The notes beneath the pieces were generated by a model. That model was given only the letters and a program-made list of their open reading frames with translations. It was not told the origin of the DNA and did no database searches. Of a DNA stretch of 20,925 nucleotides, positions 11,537-20,606 are shown one piece after another. Every line of letters starts with the position of its first letter. The stretch's first letter is position 1. The translations under genes were made by a program, and so were the position numbers. The stretch lies in assembly GCA_013239625.1 (NCBI GenBank), contig MU053136.1, forward strand, positions 824,017 through 844,941. Direction: 5' to 3'. This stretch comes from Lama guanicoe (lineage: Eukaryota).

Positions 11537-11630
11537 GTGTCCAATAAGGAAAGGGAAGAATCAAACAGAGGTTGCGGTGCTGGCTAACATGAAGCATCCA
11601 GACATCGTCCAGTACGGGGTGTCCTTCGAG
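11537..11630 (+). pseudogene. NEK1: NEK1 pseudo-exon B (aa ~40-72), frameshifted
   Basis: Acceptor cctgtttcAG (11535-36). Only 7 nt (aacagag) lie where NEK1 has three codons (RRE), i.e. a 2-nt deletion at ~11564-11570. The shifted frame hits TAA at 11585-11587. A further 1 nt appears missing before the donor GTCAGA at 11631. Confidence 0.9.
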
Positions 11631-11914
11631 GTCAGATCAGTTTGGCAGGAGGGCTCAAAAGATCTCCTAAGCCATTTGACAACTGTTGTGTACTTCCCTT
11701 TCAAGGAATCATTTTGTGAGTTAGTCTCAGGAGGAAAAGTAGATCATTTCTGGTTCCATACCTGTGCGTGTGAGTGTCGGCTGATTCTTGAGTAACACTG
11801 GCAGCACACTGTCCCTGCGTGGCTTCACACTGGCTCGCTCACTAGGGTTAAAATGAGCCAGCGTGGTGAGTGCGAGAATTTGGACAAAGCAAGAACAGTC
11901 ATTTACAACGTTTA

Positions 11915-12066
11915 GGGTTTTTTTTCTTTTTTTTCGGGGGTGGTGGTGGTAAGTTAATTAGAAGTACTTACTTAATTTTTTTTTTTAATGGAGGCACTGG
12001 GGATTGAACCCAAGACCTCGTGCATGCTGAGCATGTGCTCTACCACTGGAGCCATACCCTCCCCCC
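11915..12066 (-). mobile_element. Vic-1-type camelid SINE (tRNA-Ala derived) with target-site duplication
   Basis: Reverse complement reads GGGGAGGGTATGGCTCCAGTGGTAGAGCACATGCTCAGCATGCACGAGGTCTTGGGTTCAATCCCCAGTGCCTCCATTAAAA (A box, B box, A-rich tail). Flanked by agtcatttacaacgttta (11897-11914) and agtcgtttacaactttta (12068-12085). Confidence 0.88.
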
Positions 12067-12934
12067 GAGTCGTTTACAACTTTTAACCCAAACTCCTTTT
12101 ACGTGCTACCACCACTGCCACTGAGAAAACATCCTGGTCTTTAGAAGGTATGCTGCTGGTCAGTGTTGTTCCGTGTACTTCGTTATTATAACACTGAGGT
12201 ACGTGGAGAGTCTTCTCGGTTGTTAAGTATTACGAAGCATTGCTGTTTTGAAATCACATGCCGTCATATCTGGTAATGCGGGAACTAAGGTGAGACGGCT
12301 TCTCTAAAAGCAGGTCGGGGTGGTTTATTGAAGTCCTGCTGAAGTCACCCCCATGATTATCATAAATCCCTGTTAATTACAAAGCTGAAAGATAACTAGA
12401 TTGAAAGTAGAAGACAGTTTAAGTGAGTGTTTCAGGGTCACATCACCAGTTTCAGCGTCTGAATTTGAGTTAAGGTATCTCTATTCCCGAATAAACTTGG
12501 TATCTATTGAAGTAGAGCGAACTTTAAAAAGTACGTGATGAGTTAACAGCCTGTGTCGTAAACTGCTCAGTGTGCTTGCTTGCTTTATGATGACAGTGCA
12601 ATGAGGCTTCATACCTCATGTGAAGCAGTACGGTGTTCACCGTCTGGTCCTTCCCAGGACCTTGAATTTCCTTTATCTCTCCTCATCTGGGTTTTTTTTT
12701 GGCTTTCAAAGTGAGAGGTGGCGAAAGGAGAAAAGTATCAGCGTTGCAGGGTTAGCCAGCCGGCCGTGCGTGCCCTGCTGCGCGGCCGCGGCTCCTGTCC
12801 TCTGTTAACCTCTCAGTCATTTTCTAACAGGCACTGAGGCGTCATCACTTGCCTGGCAGGCTTTTTGCTTCAGTTTCAAGCAGTTTCTAGGTGGCAGTTG
12901 TTTTGTTTTTTTTTTGGAGGGTGTTTCCTCAATA

Positions 12935-13050
12935 CCTTGTGAGCCCATTGGGGACAGGGGTGGTGTCTTATATTCTAATGTCCCTTAGCCTCTCATGCAT
13001 AGCGCCTGGGATGTAATTGGCCCTCAGCTATTTGAATGATTGAAGGAACG
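12935..13050 (+). mobile_element. L2 3' end
   Basis: tgtgagcccattggggacaggggtggtgtctta...catagcgcctgggatgtaattggccctcagctatttgaatgattgaaggaa matches the L2 terminal motif ending in (tgaa)n. Confidence 0.6.
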
Positions 13051-13226
13051 CAAGACAGATGAGTACTTCCCTCACAGAGAAAAGACCTTCCTGTTAACCT
13101 TACATTTTGACTAGTATTTATCCCCACATAACTGACAAATGCTTTCTTTAGGCATGGGAAAACATTGCAGAGCTCATTTTACATCAGGATCACTTCCCTG
13201 TCCCTTTCTCAGGTCCTATTTAACCT

Positions 13227-13277
13227 TCTCTGTCTCCCTGTCTCTGTCTCTGTGTCTCTCACACAGACACACACACT
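13227..13277. repeat. Compound CT-rich / (CA)n microsatellite
   Basis: tctctgtctccctgtctctgtctctgtgtctctcacacagacacacacact. Confidence 0.7.
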
Positions 13278-13299
13278 CATCTTTAAAAAAGATCTTCTG

Positions 13300-13660
13300 A
13301 TAGTTTTATTTGGTCTTTAATACATGCATACGGTACAGAATCCAGAGGTTAAATGACAGTAAAATGTTAGCTTTCTATTTCTGCCTGTGGGCCACCTGTT
13401 TTTCTCTCCTGGAGGTCACCCCTGTTTACGCTGTCTGTGTTTCCTTCCAGAAATTCTCTAAGCACTAATAAGCACGCAGAAGCAACAGCACACTGCACAT
13501 AACTTTTTGTCTTGTTTCTTGTGGCAGCATTCTGTGTCTATGTTATAAGTAGTGGATTGTACAGTTTGCTGGTTTTTGTGTTTTTCACATAGTGATTTCT
13601 CACGTGTGTATTTCGATCACCTTTTTATGTCAGTTATAAAGAGCTTCCGGATTTTTAATT
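13300..13660 (-). mobile_element. Old L1M 3' fragment
   Basis: taatacatgcatacggtacagaatccagagg...ggaggtcacccctgtttacgctgtctgtgtttccttccagaaatt; same family as 7490-7905. Confidence 0.5.
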
Positions 13661-14554
13661 AGCTCAGTCACACAGGTTCCCAGCCCCTGGCACATCAGAA
13701 GGAGTATGTCTGAGGTGCCTGTGACACTGCGGGCAACGAGACCAGCACCAGACGCGGGACGTGAGTCCTGCTGGGCGTCAGGCCGTCAGCACAAGGCAGT
13801 AGGAGCAGTGAGCACTGGGCGGCTGTTCTCTGAGTTCTAACAGTGGGGCTGGCCCCTCTTCCTTACGGGGTGGGGGCGGGTAGTGCCGTCTCATTCCTGC
13901 GTGACAGCAAGGGTGGGGACAAGGGTTAGCAGTGCCCTCTAGTCCCATCTGCCGCTGGAAGATCAGGAAGCCCTTTGTCCTGTGGACCCAGGCATCAAGA
14001 TCGGGGGGCGGCTGTCAGGTGACAGCCAGTGCTCAGCGGGAGGAAAGGCAGAGTGCCCCCGGACCACAGGGACACCCCCGCACTGCCACGTCCTCAGAGC
14101 TCAGTGCAGCGTCTCTCACTGTGTTTGTTGAACAGGTCATTGAGTGGATGCCGCAAAGCTGCACAGTCATGGTCAGCCAGCTGGCAGCCAGGATCACCCA
14201 TCTCTGACAGATGGGTGGAAATACAGGATTCTTGTAGATGACCTTTAAGGATATATATCTATTAAACAAAATCGAGTCTGTCTGTCTGCATTTTGTCTGT
14301 ATCCCAGACATGCCTGTGTCGGTGTGGACACTGCTGTCCACCTGGATGCTGTGTTCTTGGTAGAAAAATCGTTCATGACGGCCGTCGTCTGTTAACCCAA
14401 GTTACTGCTCGGTCTGTGTGACCAGTGTTCCTTGACTCTGCCCTTTCGTTCTTTTGACTGTGGTTCTGTTTTTGGTTTAACGGAACACAATTAACTGCTG
14501 CTTTTTAGTAAATGTTTGGGTACCTTTAATAAAGCTATACTTTTGATGTACATT

Positions 14555-14785
14555 TTACTTATTTATTTTTTCCTGTTTTAAATTGAAGTAGAGTTGATTT
14601 ACACTATTGGGTTAATTTCAGGTGTACAGCAAAGTGATCAATTAAACATAAAGTTACATTTTTACAATCTTTTAAAAAAATTTTTCCATTACAGTTTATT
14701 ACATGATGTTGAATGTAGTTCCCTGTGCTGTACAGTAAGTTCTTGTTGTTTATCTGTTTTATGTATGGTAGCGTACATCTGTTAC
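14555..14785 (-). mobile_element. L1 3' end fragment just upstream of pseudo-exon C
   Basis: aattgaagtagagttgatttacactattgggttaatttcaggtgtacagcaaagtgatc...gatgttgaatgtagttccctgtgctgtacagtaagttcttgttgtttatctgttttatgtatggtag; similar to the 1961-2185 element. Confidence 0.8.
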
Positions 14786-14830
14786 TGAGCTGCACTTTAA
14801 AAAAACAAATGTAATGTTTCTGTCTTGTAG

Positions 14831-14928
14831 AAAACGACTCTCTTTACATGGTGATGGACTCCTGTGAAGGCGGGGACCTGTTTAGACAAATTAACGCCCA
14901 GAAAGGCATTTTGTTTCAAGAGGATTAG
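14831..14928 (+). pseudogene. NEK1: NEK1 pseudo-exon C (aa ~72-104, hinge region), nonsense codon and dead donor
   Basis: Acceptor tgtcttgtAG. 98 nt encoding [32 protein letters not shown], then TAG at 14926-14928 in place of Gln104. Followed by TTGAGT instead of GTGAGT. Confidence 0.92.
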
Positions 14929-15749
14929 TTGAGTCAGCATATAGGGGTTGTTGAGAAGTAATTCAGCGTTTGTTTATATACATGTTTGTTGTAGCTACAA
15001 GTGCTAGCTGTGAGGACTAGGTGTGGTTGTTTGGTGGCATATTCCAGTGTCGTAGTCACGCTTCTGTTCTAGTTACTGCCCTCCTTGGTTCAGTTCCCAT
15101 CTCACGCCCCGTCTGTGATAATATTGTTACTAGTGTAATAGTTGTTGTGTCCTGGTGTGTATGTACGTGTGTAAGTACATATTTAAGTAGGTGACTTAAT
15201 TATTCTTTGTAAGTGATTGATTATTCTGTACCCTGTCAGTCTGGCCACTGCCACTGGACCATATCTTCCTGAAATGTGGCTTTGCCAGGTAACTCCAGCC
15301 CTGGAAGTCGCGCACTGGCAACTGCATAAGATCTAATCTCTGTTTTGATTTCAGGGATCTCTAAAGTATGTGCCCATTCACCTACACAGCCTGGTTGTTT
15401 TCTGTTCCCTAACATGCACCTTTTTCATCGATGTAAAGGATGTTGATTGTGCATGCACTTTGTGGTCGGCGCTGGGGCACATTTACCCCTCTTGTTCTTC
15501 CTCTGTGTGTGTGTTCTCATTATTTATTTTATTGTGGTAATACCTCCCGCCAAGCCCAACTCTCTGTTACTAATATCCTGCTTTTCTTTTTTCAAGCTCA
15601 GCTCAGGTCTTCGCCTTTTCTTTACATTTCTCGTAGGTCCTCTGATCTTCTGTGATCTTTTTCTTCTCTGAATTCCTGTTGTGTTTCTCATTACCACCCA
15701 CTCTCAATTTTGCTTCCGTGCTTCTACATAGGGGAAGGGAGGGAGCGCT

Positions 15750-15915
15750 GTGCTGGGAGTGGTGTACTTGTTGTCCCATTTAATTCTGTAACCCCCCTGA
15801 ATTAGCAGACTGTGGTTTCTCTACTTATCAGATAAGAAATCCAACGTGAAGTAGCTTGCCCCAAGTCACAGTTGGTGTTTGAACCTGCTTCTATCTAACC
15901 CCAAAGTTTATAAGA
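15750..15915 (-). mobile_element. MIR SINE fragment
   Basis: cccatttaattctgtaacccccctga...cagataagaaatc...gtgaagtagcttgccccaagtcacag...tttgaacctgc. Confidence 0.65.
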
Positions 15916-16104
15916 CTTTCTTTTTATAAGATGTTTCTTTTTGGAGACTTAAATTGTGAAATTATTCAGAGGTTTGAGGGTGGAAAGTCATCTTCTCCCA
16001 CTGACTTTGGTTTGGGGTCCTCCCAGACTTCCTTGTTCGTACTGCATGTGTAAGTGCGTACACCGAGACACAGTCACAAATGGGGTCACATACATGCCTT
16101 GCTC

Positions 16105-16200
16105 TCTTTTTTTGTAATGTTTTCACTGAAGTGCAGTCAGTGTACAGCGTTGTGTCAGTTTCTGGCGTACAGCACGATGCTTCAGTCATGCATGTTATTG
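16105..16200 (-). mobile_element. Very short L1 3' end fragment
   Basis: ctgaagtgcagtcagtgtacagcgttgtgtcagtttctggcgtacagcacgatgcttcagtcatgcat is homologous to 1990-2052. Confidence 0.7.
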
Positions 16201-16499
16201 CGGGTAGACCGCCTGCAGTGAGACGCACCTGAGCGTGATCGTCATTCTCTTTTTGCCCTTTTCCTGACCCCTCCCTGGTGGAATTCATTGCTCTCTCAGT
16301 GCACATGCTGTTAGAGGACGGGTGCATTTCCTTGTAGGTGTTTGTCTAAAAGTATATTCCTACCACTGCGTGAGCTCAGAGTCGGAGAACTGTGTTTCAT
16401 TCTTCTACTTAAAATGCCGTATAGGAATATGGAAAGGAAGTTCAACATTTGTGTAGTCCTCAGTAAATACCTACCAAACTGAACTCAGGGTTTTTTTTT

Positions 16500-17600
16500 T
16501 AATTAATTTAAAAATTAATTTTAGGTTACTGTAATGTAATATTTGTTCCTTAAAAAAATAGTAGAGAGAGAAGAGTAAAAAATAAAGCTGGTCACTTTCA
16601 TTCTTCTGAAAATCCACTTCCCTGAGGAAGACACTGTTAGAGATTGGTCGCTGTCCTGTGTGTCCCCTACACATGCCACACGGTCATAGACAGTCACCGA
16701 GACAGTCCATGTGTGATGGACATGAACATACTTTAATAAAGGAGTGCGCTATGCGTGCTGTTCCGGGCCTTTCTTCCCCTTCACTGTGTACGCATGGCGA
16801 GGTCCTTCATTCTCCCCGGCAGCTGCACAGTATTTCAGTGATGCCAACGGTGACCTCTGACCAGGACTCTGGATGGATATTTAGGTGTGCAGGTTTAGAT
16901 GGATGAGCAGTGCTGGGGTAAACATCCCTTTGCAGCTCCGTTCGTGTTTGTGACACTTTCTCTGCAGGATAAATTTGAAATTGCAGCTACTCTTTCAAAT
17001 GGTAGGTGAGGGTAAAATTTTTACATTCTTTGCCAAGTAACTGTAATCAGCTTTCTCACAAGCAGGGTGTGCAGAGACTGGCTTATTCCTCGACCAGCAC
17101 TGTTTATAACTTCAGTTTTGTCAGGTTACCATGGTACCTTGTTTTAATTGCTTTTTTTTGATTTGGGGGAGAGTCGTGTGTAATTTATGTGTTATCGGCT
17201 TTCATTTCCTCCGTCACTTACCTTGCCCATCTTTTGTCCACCTCTTACTCTGGCTGCCGGTGTTTTTCTCAGTAATTTTGAAGAACTGTTGTATCCCAGA
17301 GAACTAATAATCTATCAGTTTTGTTGCAGGTATTTTCTCAGATAATCATTAAGCTTAATTATATGTTTTGCCATCCAGCTGTTTTAAAATGTATATAGTC
17401 ACCTTTCCTTGTGACTTGTGGGTTTCGTATCATGTTTTGAAAGTCCTGCTTCAACCAAAGAGTATAGAAAATTGCCCTGTGTTTTCTTCCTTCATTTTAC
17501 AGTTTAATTTTTGTGTACTTAAAAATGCCGTCTACTTGGAATTGTTGTGGTGTTAGGAGTGAGGTGGCTATTCAGCCTTTTTATGTTCAAGTGGCCAGCT
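16500..17600 (-). mobile_element. Degraded L1ME-like element
   Basis: T-rich sequence with L1 antisense motifs (ggatggatatttaggt, ctctgcaggataaattt, ggtaccttgttttaattgc, cttgcccatctttt, gttgcaggtattttctcag, ggagtgaggtgg). Confidence 0.55.
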
Positions 17601-18084
17601 CCCGAGGGTGTGTTTATATGTGATGAATGAGGGGAGAGGGAAAAGCCAGAGATGTTGCCCAAATTTCCAGCCTGACTTCTTCCTCTTGTGGTTTCTACTT
17701 ATATAGAAAAGTTACACTTAACAACGAAGGACAGTCCCTCATCGTCATACTCTCCTACAACATGGAGTATTTCCATTTTCCACTCTTCTCGGGAAACTTC
17801 TTTCCCTGTGCATTCTGACTTGTAGGGATCCTTCAGTAGCAGCGTCCTCCGTTCAGACTTAGCACGGGCACTGTACACGGTATGTACGTCAGTTGGCCTG
17901 AATATCTACTTAATGTTATTCACATTAATTACCGTGGAATTAAAAATTGCAGCCTAATTATTTTAAGGATTTAATTCTCTTTGTCCCAAATATTCCTGAG
18001 TCCTTTTAATGATCAAGGAAAGACTACTTACTGTGAAAGGTAAATTAAAAAAAAAATGACGGATCTGATTCCCTACCCCCCAAG

Positions 18085-18166
18085 ATTTTGGATGGGTTTG
18101 TACAGATGTTTGGCCCTGAAGCATGTACATAACATAAAAATTCTTCATTGAGACATAGAATCACAG
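18085..18166 (+). pseudogene. NEK1: NEK1 pseudo-exon D (aa 105-132, catalytic loop), frameshift and HRD stop
   Basis: 82 nt where 28 codons (84 nt) are expected; 2-nt deletion at ~18106 (cag a tgt). CAT TGA GAC ATA GAA reads H*DIE in place of HRDIK, with TGA at 18149-18151. Donor is GCATGT. Confidence 0.92.
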
Positions 18167-18379
18167 GCATGTTGATTTTGTCACTGATGCCTTCTAGGTG
18201 GTCGTGGACGTGGGCGTTGTCTCGGGCCGGACTGTGTGGGCTGGATGGCATCTGGATCAGACTGTCTGTCTCCCTATCACTGCTCTCTTCCCCTATAACC
18301 CAGGAATCCTCCTTGCAGGCAGCCTCCTCTTTTCTTGGCTTCCTCTCTCATTAGGATGGAAAAATCCAAACAAACGATT

Positions 18380-19340
18380 GTGTGGAAGGTGTATTTTTTT
18401 TTGAGAGATTTGTCATCTCCAAATACACAATCTTATTTCTTATCTTAGTGATAATTTGGATATAAACTTCCAAGCTGGCAATTGTTTTCCTACAGAATTT
18501 TGAAGATGTTGCTCATTTGTCTTTCGGCTTCTTGCGTTGCTGTGTAGGAATTCATGGCTTCTTGCCCTTGTTTCTTGTCTCTGGCTGACTGTAGGATATC
18601 CTCTCTGTCCCCATTCTGAAATTTCTCAGAAATTTGTGCGTTAGTGAGGCTCTGCTTTTATCCATTGTGCTGTGTACTTTTGTGGGGGAGGGAAGTGGAG
18701 GTAATTAAGTTTATTTATTTACTTTTAATTTAACGGAGATACTGGGGATTGAACCCATGATGTCGTGCATGCTAAGCATGGACTTTGCCACTGAGCTGTA
18801 CCCTCCCATTCTGTGCTATTTTGAGAATGTGTATTTCCTTTAGAAATATTCTAGACAATGTTTAGCTGTATTTTTTCAGGCAGTATTCCTCAGTGGCTAC
18901 TTTCATGGTCATCTCCTGGGTTTTTTTCTAGAGAGGTGTTGGAGCCTCTTAATCTGTCCCTTCAGGTATCTTGTTCTTTCACATTTTATCTCTGTTTCTC
19001 TCAGTTGTATTCAAGATGAATTTTTCAGCCTCCTTCCAGTTAACTAACTAAGCGCCTTTCTGATTTTGTGTAAACTAGTGCTTATCTCATCTCTTTCCCT
19101 TTCTATTATAATGACTGTGTCTGTCTCTCCAAGATGCCTAAATGGCTTTTCACGTCTATCTGTTCTTACTGTAATTGGTTTCTGTTTCATAATGTCTTGT
19201 TCTTCTCAAATGCATATTGATTTCTTCAGTGATTTCTTTGCTATTATCTAAATATATTTACTTCAGAGTTTTTGTTGTATAAAATTAATTCTGGAGTGAC
19301 TTTTTGTTCTGATTATTTTGTTGGTGGTTTTTCTTTGTAT
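18380..19340 (-). mobile_element. Degraded L1/HAL1-like fragment hosting the second Vic-1 SINE
   Basis: cttagtgataatttggatataaac...ggcaattgttttcctacagaattttgaagatgttgctcatttgtctttcggcttc...ttctgaaatttctc; antisense L1 5'/ORF1-type motifs. Confidence 0.5.
18678..18807 (-). mobile_element. Second Vic-1-type SINE
   Basis: actggggattgaacccatgatgtcgtgcatgctaagcatggactttgccactgagctgtaccctccc aligns by eye to the 11995-12066 copy. Same ggtaatta..tttattt tail structure. Confidence 0.85.
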
Positions 19341-19879
19341 TCGATTTCTTCATGTGTATTGGATTTTGCTGGGGGGTAGGGATGGGGGTGGATGTCTCCA
19401 CGGCTTGCTCATCTTTGCATCAGGATTTCTTTCATGGCTGCCTGGCTGGGGCTCTCAGTCCCCAGAGTTTGGTGCAGGGGCATTGTCTCCTGGTGTCAAG
19501 GCGATGCGTCTGTCTTCCTTCCTCTGGACGCCCCTTCTTCTGTACCTGGAGAGCCCAGGAAGAGCAGTGGGAAGAAGAGGAAGAAATGAATATGCTGTCT
19601 CCCAACCTCTGCCGCCAGCTCCCGTCTCAGACCATTTTAGCGCCTTCCCCTCAGCCCTGCCTTGGCTGCTGGTGGCTGTGAGCGCCTGCTTGACTCACAC
19701 CTCCTGCTGACAGTGGGGTCAGTTCACGTTGCCCAGGAGCTCCTGGCCGCGCTGTTGGATGATGGCGCCCGGAAGTCAGGAGCGCACTTTCTGTCTGTGG
19801 ATGTGCCTTCCCTGGACGCTCTGTGTAAGCGGGGTCACGTGGTTGGTGACTGCCTGCTGTATAACAGCCTTATCTGGTA

Positions 19880-20220
19880 GTTACTGAGTTACAAGAGGTC
19901 TTTATTCTAGATACAAATTGTCTGTCAGATACATGGTGTGCAAATATTTCCTGAATTCTGTGGGTTATATATTCACTTTCTTGATGTCCTTTGCACAGAA
20001 GTTTTTGATTTTGATGAAATCCAGCTTATCTATGTTTTCTTGTTTTTGCTTGTGCTTTTGGTGCCATATCTAAGAAATCAGCATGTAACCCAGTGGCATG
20101 AAGTCAGGAGTCTAACAGTTCTTGTATTTAGGTCTGGAATGGTTGTGGAGTTAATTTTTGCATATGGTGTGTGATAGGGGTCTACATTCGTTCTTTAGCA
20201 TTTGGAGATCCAGTTACCGC
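19880..20220 (-). mobile_element. L1M (L1MB-like) ORF2 fragment
   Basis: tctttattctagatacaa..tcagatacatggtgtgcaaatatttcc...gcacagaagtttttgattttgatgaaatccagcttatc...gcttttggtgccatatctaagaaatc...gagttaatttttgcatatggtgtg. Confidence 0.8.
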
Positions 20221-20319
20221 GGTTTCACTTTTTAACCGGATTCATTTTTATGACTGAAGTCATCAGTTCAGAACTGGCCTGCAGCAGTATTTCTGGGTTT
20301 TTTTCTGTCTCGTTTATAG

Positions 20320-20387
20320 AACATATTTTTAACCAAAAATGGGGCGGTACAACGTGGAGACTTTGGAATGGCTAGAGTTCTTAATAG
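20320..20387 (+). pseudogene. NEK1: NEK1 pseudo-exon E (aa 133-155, DFG motif)
   Basis: Acceptor cgtttatAG. 68 nt reading NIFLTKNGAVQRGDFGMARVLN(S); DFG retained. Followed by TTGATG, so no GT at the expected boundary. Confidence 0.92.
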
Positions 20388-20519
20388 TTGATGTCAGTTT
20401 TAAACTTCTGTTTGGGATAATGTCTTCAGTGAGATTTTAATCCATGCTTATGAACTTGTGGTAATTTATGACATCTTTAAGTGTCTCAGGCTTCTCCACT
20501 GTCTCTCTTTCTGTTGCAG

Positions 20520-20606
20520 CACTGTGCAGCTGGCTCGAATTTGCGTAGGGACCCCGTACTACTTGTCACCTGAAATCTGTGAAAACAAACCTTATGATAA
20601 TAACAG
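20520..20606 (+). pseudogene. NEK1: NEK1 pseudo-exon F (aa 155-184, activation loop / GTPYYLSPE)
   Basis: Strong acceptor ctctctttctgttgcAG. 87 nt reading [28 protein letters not shown](S). T162 codon is ATT (Ile) at 20539-20541. Followed by ATACTT instead of GT. Confidence 0.92.

Larger units (their letters stand above)
11017..20606 (+). pseudogene. NEK1: Unprocessed NEK1 pseudogene, kinase-domain exons (approx. aa 1-184); the locus probably continues beyond the window end
   Basis: Six exons in the correct order translate to NEK1-like peptides: [39 protein letters not shown] / VSNKEREES..VAVLANMKHPDIVQYGVSFE / [32 protein letters not shown] / ILDGFVQ..CLALKHVHNIKILH*DIESQ / NIFLTKNGAVQRGDFGMARVLNS / [29 protein letters not shown]. 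The five internal exons follow AG acceptors. Frameshifts, stops and lost donors make it non-coding. Confidence 0.95.

Noticed and set aside
11564..11630. Compensating -2 and -1 deletions restoring the frame in exon B
   Set aside because: The net change is -3, but TAA at 11585-11587 lies within the shifted stretch, so the ORF is not rescued.
11577..11795. 72-aa ORF
   Set aside because: The N-terminal part is the post-frameshift half of pseudo-exon B; the remainder is intron.
11990..12066. tRNA-Ala-like sequence (also 18740-18807)
   Set aside because: A-rich tail, TSD and degenerate stems identify these as SINEs, not tRNA genes.
19318..20174. Several 65-130 aa ORFs
   Set aside because: They lie in an intron over degraded L1 or GC-shifted sequence, with no similarity to NEK1 or other proteins.
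11017..20606. Processed retrocopy, or NEK5/NEK3 identity
   Set aside because: Introns with acceptors are present, so it is not processed. Peptides such as [16 protein letters not shown] and INAQKG..FQED match NEK1 better than its paralogues.
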